A stretch of DNA of 10,986 bases from Promethearchaeota archaeon (GTDB lineage Archaea; Asgardarchaeota; Odinarchaeia; Odinarchaeales; JBHLKK01). Below the pieces are notes generated by a model, which searched no databases, was not told where the DNA came from, and was given only the letters and a program-made list of their open reading frames with translations. Made by a program: the position numbers and the translations under genes. Position 1 is the stretch's first letter. Each line of letters starts with the position of its first letter. The stretch lies in NCBI GenBank assembly GCA_048939465.1, contig JBHLPL010000064.1:1-10986 (forward strand). Direction: 5' to 3'. Positions 6,186 through 10,986 of the stretch are shown one piece after another.

Positions 6186-9161
6186 ATGGTAACCGTAAAG
6201 GAAATATCAAAAGCTGTATCCTTTCCAGATTTAGAAAGTGCAATAATGAAATCTTGGAAAGATAATAAAACCTATGAGAAGGTCAAAGCTTTACGAAAGG
6301 AATCTCCGGAGTACTTGTTCATAGATGGTCCTCCATATACAACAGGACACATTCATGTTGGTACAGGCTGGAACAAGGTATTGAAGGATTTTATTCTGAG
6401 ATATAAGCGCATGAGGGGATACAATGTAAGAGACACGCCGGGTTATGACATGCATGGACTTCCAATCGAAGTGCGCGTCGAACGTGAAATGAAGATTACA
6501 AATAAAAAGCAAATTGAAGAGATTGGAATCGATAAGTTTGTATCCAGTTGCAAAGAATTTGCTTTGAGCTTTCTGGATACCATGACAGATGAATTTAAAC
6601 GCCTGGGTATCTGGATGAACTGGAAGAAGCCATATGTGACCCTCGAAAATGATTATATTGAAGGGGTTTGGTGGGCGATCAAGAAAGCTTTCGAGAATGG
6701 CTATCTGTATAAGGGCTTACGCCCTCTGAACTGCTGCCCCAGATGTGAGACGGCAGTGGCCAAACACGAGTATGAGTATCAATCTGTCGAAGATTACTCT
6801 ATTTTCGTGAAATTCCCAGTTGAAGGAAAAGCTAATGAATACATAGTCATTTGGACTACTACTCCATGGACTCTCCCGGCAAATCTATCAGTCATGGTCC
6901 ATCCTTTCTTTGAGTATGTCAAGGCTGAAGTTGGCGACGAGGTTTGGATAATGGCCAAAGGGATGACTACTTCCTTCATTCAGGGCCTCTTGGGAAGGGA
7001 TTTCAGAATACTGGAAGAATTCGCTGGAGAGAAGCTTTCGGGATTGAAGTATGTCCATCCGCTGAGGGAGGAGGTGCCGAGGCAAGAGGAATTAGAGGGA
7101 GAATTCGAATATGTCCATCGGATAATTCTAACTGATGAATTTGTAACTCTGGAACAAGGAACAGGATGTGTGCATTCTGCGCCGGGACATGGTCCAGAAG
7201 ATTTCGCCGTGGGACAGAAGTATGGTCTGCCTGCTTTTTGTCCTGTGGATGAGTCTGGTCACATGACCGAGGAAGCTGGAAAATACGCTGGGATGACTTT
7301 GGAAAAGACAAGCGAAGCTGTCCTCGAGGATTTGAAACGGAAGGGACTTCTGATTAATGTGGGAAGAGTGAAACATGATTATGCTCATTGCTGGCGGTGT
7401 AAAACCCCCCTGATTTATCGTGCCACTGAACAATGGTTCCTGAAAATGAGCGCACTAAAGGACAAGATGAAAAGCGAGAACAATGGAGTTTATTGGATGC
7501 CTCAATGGGCTGGCAATCCTTGGTTCAATAATTGGATTGAGAACATTCAGGATTGGTGTATATCAAGGCAGAGATACTGGGGCACTCCTATGCCTATTTG
7601 GATGTGCGACAAATGTGGTTATGCTGAAGTCATAGGTTCCGCCAAGGAGCTAAAAGCCAAGAGCAAAATGGAACCTGAAGACCTCCACCGACCTTGGATA
7701 GACAAAGTAACTTGGAAATGCAGCTGTGGGGGGACAATGAAAAGAGTTGAAGACGTTCTGGACGTCTGGGTCGATAGCGGATCATGCGTCTGGTCTTCAA
7801 TTCCTGCAATGTTAGGAAAAAAGGAATTTGAGAATTGGAAGCAAGCGTCATTGATTCTGGAGGGAAAGGATCAGATTCGTGGTTGGTTTAATACACTAAT
7901 GAGTTTGGGTATTGTCACATCGGGAAAGCGTCCATACAATGCAGTCTATATGCATGGAATGACCAATGATGAGAATGGCAAACCAATGAGCAAATCTCTA
8001 GGAAACTTCACTTCACCAGAGGAGGTTACAGAAAAATTCGGTTCGGAGACCTTCAGGTTTTATTCAGTAGGTACAGCAAATCCGGGGGAAGATATGAGAT
8101 TTAGCTGGAGGGCGATAAAGGATACTCATCGAGTCTTGAACATACTCTGGAATACATATGTATTCGCGACTACCTTCATGAGGAGTGCAGATTTCGATCC
8201 AAAGAAACACCCTCTTGAAAAGACCGACCTTCAGCCAGAAGACAGGTGGATTCTGTCGCGGGTAAATACGCTCGTTGAACAAGTGACTGATCGATTTGAA
8301 ATGCTGGATCTGCAAGCAGTACCTAGACTCTTACGTGACTTCATCGTGCTTGATTTGAGTAGGTGGTACATCAAGCTCATAAGAGAAAGAACTTGGGTAA
8401 CCGCAAGAGGACCTGAGAAGATTGCTGGTCTTGCAACCCTTTATTATGTACTGCATAGACTTCTCCGATTACTGGTTCCGTTAACACCCGTACTAGCTGA
8501 AGACTTCTATCGACATCTAGTAAGACCAGTTGATCCTAATGCTCCTGAAAGCGTTCACATGACAGATTGGCCTGAGGCTGAGAATGATCTAATAAACTCT
8601 GAGCTCGAAGATCAAATGAATCTTGTTCAAGATATTGTTGAGGCTTCCCTTGCCATAAGACAAGAGGAGGGAATAAAAAGAAGATGGCCTTGCGGGAGTT
8701 TGTTTGTCAAATTAAAGGCAGGTGTGAGCCTCGGCGAGGAGTTATTAGAAATAGTCGGAAAGATGGCTAATGTGCACGAGATCCAGACAGTTGGAGAGGT
8801 AAAGCCATCTGAAAGCCTTAAAGAGCGGGAGCTTGCTCAATGCTGGGTATATCTTGATACGGAGGTCACAGAGGAGCTGAGGGCTGAGAGATTTGTTAGA
8901 GAGCTGATAAGGAATGTTCAATTCACAAGAAAGAAGAATTCATACCATGTTGGAGAAGAGATTGAGCTTGTGATACTGCTTGAAGACAAGAAACTTCAAG
9001 AATACGTAGAACAGTTTGAAGAGTCAATAAAGAGCAAAGTAACCGCTAAAACTCTCAGTGTATTATTGCGGCCACCCCAAGAACCTGACAAATATGCCAA
9101 GGGAAAAATGAACTACGAAGGTAAAGACATTGTGATTTATTTTAGACGAACGTCTCAGTAA
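6186..9161 (+). CDS. ileS: Isoleucyl-tRNA synthetase (archaeal/eukaryote-like type 2)
   Basis: 991 aa: DGPPYTTGHIHVGT (HIGH variant), GYDMHGLPIE, editing-domain WTTTPWTLPAN and GTGCVHSAPGHGPEDF, DWCISRQRYWGTP, EGKDQIRGWF, GKPMSKSLGN (KMSKS variant), WYIKLIRER. No bacterial type-1 C-terminal Zn finger. Confidence 0.98.
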   Translation: MVTVKEISKAVSFPDLESAIMKSWKDNKTYEKVKALRKESPEYLFIDGPPYTTGHIHVGTGWNKVLKDFILRYKRMRGYNVRDTPGYDMHGLPIEVRVEREMKITNKKQIEEIGIDKFVSSCKEFALSFLDTMTDEFKRLGIWMNWKKPYVTLENDYIEGVWWAIKKAFENGYLYKGLRPLNCCPRCETAVAKHEYEYQSVEDYSIFVKFPVEGKANEYIVIWTTTPWTLPANLSVMVHPFFEYVKAEVGDEVWIMAKGMTTSFIQGLLGRDFRILEEFAGEKLSGLKYVHPLREEVPRQEELEGEFEYVHRIILTDEFVTLEQGTGCVHSAPGHGPEDFAVGQKYGLPAFCPVDESGHMTEEAGKYAGMTLEKTSEAVLEDLKRKGLLINVGRVKHDYAHCWRCKTPLIYRATEQWFLKMSALKDKMKSENNGVYWMPQWAGNPWFNNWIENIQDWCISRQRYWGTPMPIWMCDKCGYAEVIGSAKELKAKSKMEPEDLHRPWIDKVTWKCSCGGTMKRVEDVLDVWVDSGSCVWSSIPAMLGKKEFENWKQASLILEGKDQIRGWFNTLMSLGIVTSGKRPYNAVYMHGMTNDENGKPMSKSLGNFTSPEEVTEKFGSETFRFYSVGTANPGEDMRFSWRAIKDTHRVLNILWNTYVFATTFMRSADFDPKKHPLEKTDLQPEDRWILSRVNTLVEQVTDRFEMLDLQAVPRLLRDFIVLDLSRWYIKLIRERTWVTARGPEKIAGLATLYYVLHRLLRLLVPLTPVLAEDFYRHLVRPVDPNAPESVHMTDWPEAENDLINSELEDQMNLVQDIVEASLAIRQEEGIKRRWPCGSLFVKLKAGVSLGEELLEIVGKMANVHEIQTVGEVKPSESLKERELAQCWVYLDTEVTEELRAERFVRELIRNVQFTRKKNSYHVGEEIELVILLEDKKLQEYVEQFEESIKSKVTAKTLSVLLRPPQEPDKYAKGKMNYEGKDIVIYFRRTSQ

Positions 9162-9255
9162 AATATATGGAAAAGATTTTAAGGAGCCACAGTAAATCTC
9201 AGATACAGTGGGTGTCGGCAATCTTTGACCGGTGGGGCCGTAGCTCAGCCTGGAT

Positions 9256-9273
9256 AGCATAAGAGGCCCGGAT
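9256..9273 (+). other. tRNA-Ile intron 1, D-loop 20a/21 (18 nt)
   Basis: Central helix CTGG (9250-9253)/CCGG (9268-9271), 4 pairs including one G-U; bulges AT^A and AT^G; 2-bp inner stem GC/GC. An 18-nt excision shifted by 1 nt would give A21 instead of G21 but has no BHB. Confidence 0.7.
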
Positions 9274-9290
9274 GGAGCGCCGGCCTTATA

Positions 9291-9327
9291 AGACCACGTT
9301 CCAAACAAGAGTTTCATGCTCTAAGAA
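9291..9327 (+). other. tRNA-Ile intron 2, canonical 37/38 (37 nt)
   Basis: Textbook BHB: central helix CTTA (9285-9288)/TAAG (9322-9325), bulges TA^A and AA^A, outer helix is the anticodon stem. This fixes the anticodon register as UAU. Confidence 0.92.
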
Positions 9328-9335
9328 AGCCGGAG

Positions 9336-9365
9336 ATACCTTGTGAATTCCACAAGGTAATGAAC
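9336..9365 (+). other. tRNA-Ile intron 3, position 45/46 (30 nt)
   Basis: 5' bulge AG^A, perfect 9-bp hairpin TACCTTGTG/CACAAGGTA, then 4+2 nt before exon GTC (exact BHB spacing). Central helix CCGG/ATGA has only 2 of 4 pairs. Confidence 0.65.
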
Positions 9366-9463
9366 GTCGTGGGATCGAAGCCCGCCGGCCCCACCACTCA
9401 TTCTTAGACAATGATGCTTTGAATGAATGACTGAACGCGTATGACTATATCTTACGGTATGAT

Positions 9464-9928
9464 TTGAGTCGGGTGATTGGGTTGGAAGACAAATCTAAGT
9501 CTGCCTCCAAGTATGAAGTTGAACTGATTTGGGACAAGCAAACAGGCGGGGTGGCACAGATTGAGGGTCAACCTCAATTGAAGTTTGACATCCCCCAGAA
9601 ATACGGAGGATTAGGACGGTATTACTGCGCAGACGAAGTATTCCTTGCTTCGTTAGGATGGTGCATTCTTGCGACATTCATCGACTTCAGAAGAAAGTTT
9701 AGATTACTCTCAAAAGATGTTAAAGTGTCGTTGAATTCATCGATCGAGTCACGTAATGACGGGTATCACATTACAAGAATACGGGGCTCTTTGGATGCAA
9801 TTGTCAAAAGGGGCCAAAAAGCCAATGCAGAAAGGTGTGCAGCGCTGGCCAAAGAATATTGCCATCTTACTCGTGCGATTCGAAAAACGATTCCAATTGA
9901 AATCTCAATAAACATCCTAGAAGGCTAG
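9464..9928 (+). CDS. OsmC/Ohr family protein
   Basis: 154 aa with ADEVFLASLGWCILATF and EYCHLTRAI, the two conserved Cys regions of the OsmC fold. Alternative start TTG 9482 (GGTGAT SD at 9472-9477). Confidence 0.85.
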   Translation: MSRVIGLEDKSKSASKYEVELIWDKQTGGVAQIEGQPQLKFDIPQKYGGLGRYYCADEVFLASLGWCILATFIDFRRKFRLLSKDVKVSLNSSIESRNDGYHITRIRGSLDAIVKRGQKANAERCAALAKEYCHLTRAIRKTIPIEISINILEG

Positions 9929-9965
9929 ACACAATTCTTCTCAAGGTTTGTTAATACGCGTTGTT

Positions 9966-10015
9966 TTTATATTAAGAGCGAGAATATCCAAAATAATAGT
10001 TAGAGGGAGGCCCTC
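9966..10015 (+). promoter_or_regulatory. Putative hsp20 TATA box and SD-containing hairpin
   Basis: TTTATATT at 9966-9973; GGAGG SD at 10006-10010, 7 nt before the ATG, inside GAGGG-AGG-CCCTC (10003-10015). Confidence 0.45.
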
Positions 10016-10017
10016 AA

Positions 10018-10467
10018 ATGTCTGAGCGTAGAAGGCGGAAAACCATTTTTGATGAATTGAAGCGAATGAGAAGGGCGATTGACAGCATGTTTAAAGATTT
10101 CTTTGGGACAAGATTTTCAGAATCCGAACTATCTGAGGCTGGAGTCTGGACTCCGCCGACAGATATTACTGAAACGGAAAATGAAATAATAATAACGACA
10201 GATATTCCGGGGGTTTCTAGAGAAAACATTGATCTAAGAGTGTCGGAGGACACGGTTGAAATCAGTGCTCAAGTCAAACATGAGGAAAAAGAGGAAGAGC
10301 GCGGTTATCTGAGGCAGGAACGGAGCTATAAACGATTCTATAGACGCCTACCGATACCTGTAACTGTTAAGCCGGAAGAAGCGAAAGCAACATGCAATAA
10401 CGGTGTGTTGGAAATCAGAATTCCAAAAATGGAGCCGAAGAAAAAGGTTAGCATAAAGATAGAGTAA
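10018..10467 (+). CDS. hsp20: Small heat-shock protein (Hsp20/alpha-crystallin)
   Basis: 149 aa: PPTDITETENEIIITTDIPGV, ERSYKRFYRRLPIP, ATCNNGVLEIRIPK and C-terminal IxI motif (SIKIE). Confidence 0.97.
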   Translation: MSERRRRKTIFDELKRMRRAIDSMFKDFFGTRFSESELSEAGVWTPPTDITETENEIIITTDIPGVSRENIDLRVSEDTVEISAQVKHEEKEEERGYLRQERSYKRFYRRLPIPVTVKPEEAKATCNNGVLEIRIPKMEPKKKVSIKIE

Positions 10468-10508
10468 AACCGGCGGATCGTGCTGAATAATCAGCAAAGG
10501 TCGAAGAC

Positions 10509-10515
10509 TTTTTTT
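10509..10515 (+). terminator. Possible U-rich archaeal terminator after hsp20
   Basis: Run of 7 T, 41 nt after the hsp20 stop, in the gap between convergent genes. Confidence 0.35.
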
Positions 10516-10534
10516 CAATAGGTGCCCTCGAGGG

Positions 10535-10986
10535 TTAAGATCTCTTTCGAACGATGAGTTTCTGAATCTCTACAATTACGAGAGCTGAAGATGAGACTAA
10601 GATAATTAATAGCCACTCGAATAGCCCTATGGGTACAGTTCCGAATACTCCCTGAAGGAAGGGTACGTAAATCACTGCCAGCTGGAGTAGGATTGAGCTA
10701 AATACCGCTCCTATCAGGTGTTTATTTGTAAGCACTCCTATTTCGAACAGAGAGTTCCTTTCTGATCTGAAGTTGAGAACACTGAACATTTGAAACATCA
10801 TTAGTACAGTGAAAGCTATCGTTCTGGGTCCTGCCAACTCAGGATCTGGGGGATATAAATTCAGGCCGTATATGAATAGGGCCAGTGTGCCTACGCACAT
10901 TATCGCTCCCACACCTATGGCATAGACTAGTGACTTCCTGGACAGAATCTCTTCCCTAGGATCCCTAGGCTTACGCTCCATTATAT
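10535..10986 (-). CDS. Cation-transporting P-type ATPase, C-terminal part (type II, Ca2+-ATPase-like); partial, continues beyond the window
   Basis: (I)MERKPRDPREEIL, RTIAFTVLMMFQMFSVLNFRS, NKHLIGAVFSSILLQLAVIYVPFLQGVFGTVP and W-L-IILVS match the Cation_ATPase_C transmembrane region. The frame is open to the window edge (ATA precedes the ATG at 10981), so that ATG is internal. Confidence 0.92.
   Translation of the reverse strand, partial: IMERKPRDPREEILSRKSLVYAIGVGAIMCVGTLALFIYGLNLYPPDPELAGPRTIAFTVLMMFQMFSVLNFRSERNSLFEIGVLTNKHLIGAVFSSILLQLAVIYVPFLQGVFGTVPIGLFEWLLIILVSSSALVIVEIQKLIVRKRS

Larger units (their letters stand above)
9234..9396 (+). tRNA. tRNA-Ile(UAU) with three introns (20a/21, 37/38, 45/46), CCA encoded
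   Basis: Acceptor GGGGCCG/CGGCCCC + A73 + CCA; D-stem GCTC/GAGC; anticodon stem CCGGC/GCCGG with loop CT-TAT-A^A (TAT at 9287-9289); T-arm GTGGG-ATCGAAG-CCCGC. Removing 9256-9273, 9291-9327 and 9336-9365 gives a 78-nt cloverleaf. Confidence 0.9.

Noticed and set aside
6354-7997. IleRS signature variants HVGT (for HIGH) and PMSKS (for KMSKS)
   Set aside because: The first His, Gly and the catalytic second Lys are kept; such variation is within the range I recall for archaeal IleRS.
9063-9317. 84-aa minus-strand ORF
   Set aside because: Antisense to the ileS 3' end and to the tRNA-Ile gene; spurious.
4774-9326. TAAGA/CATAAGA recurring in or next to four tRNA intron segments
   Set aside because: The copies fall in different structural registers (helix-bulge, loop, junction) and are short; BHB bulge composition plus chance explains them.
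4734-9396. tRNA-Val and tRNA-Ile bracketing ileS as a possible integrated island or Val/Ile editing module
   Set aside because: No integrase, no duplicated tRNA 3' end (att site), cargo includes a housekeeping gene, and no compositional shift is evident by eye.
9411-9462. C/D-box sRNA-like spacing after tRNA-Ile (ATGATGC, 13 nt, CTGA, ATGACTA, 11 nt, ATGA)
   Set aside because: Boxes C, C' and D all deviate from consensus, the guides are AT-rich, I recognise no rRNA/tRNA target, and TGA-rich sequence mimics boxes by chance. A snoscan/Infernal hit with a real target would revive it.
9989-10003. Possible HSR1-type heat-shock operator (CTAAC-N5-GTTAG) before hsp20
   Set aside because: Only the GTTAG half matches; the left half is CAAAA (3/5).
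10525-10534. Palindrome CCCTCGAGGG next to the P-type ATPase stop, echoing GAGGG/CCCTC upstream of hsp20
   Set aside because: Five-base arms with no loop; too short to indicate a mobile-element end or terminator.
1-10986. CRISPR array, rRNA, IS/transposase
   Set aside because: No regularly spaced repeats, rRNA-like segments, transposase motifs or terminal inverted repeats were found.

Overview
Archaeal chromosomal window, probably TACK or Asgard (inferred from BHB-type tRNA introns, archaeal-type IleRS, ADP-forming acyl-CoA ligase alpha subunit and an MglA/CvnD-type small GTPase; exact lineage cannot be fixed from the sequence). It holds 11 complete CDSs and one CDS cut by the right edge: a stand-alone BPL_N/GATase-like protein, a TPR protein with an alpha-SNAP-like C-terminus, a small GTPase with a putative winged-helix tail, a stand-alone Lrp/AsnC ligand-binding protein, acdA, two hypotheticals (one a C2CH zinc finger), ileS, OsmC, Hsp20 and the C-terminus of a P-type ATPase. 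The main discoveries are two heavily interrupted tRNA genes that the ORF track does not show: tRNA-Val(UAC) with two non-canonical introns (25/26, 45/46) and, 72 bp after ileS, tRNA-Ile with the rare UAU anticodon and three introns (20a/21, 37/38, 45/46). No CRISPR array, rRNA or mobile element was seen. All structures and alignments were done by eye; reference sequences are recalled from memory and need checking.
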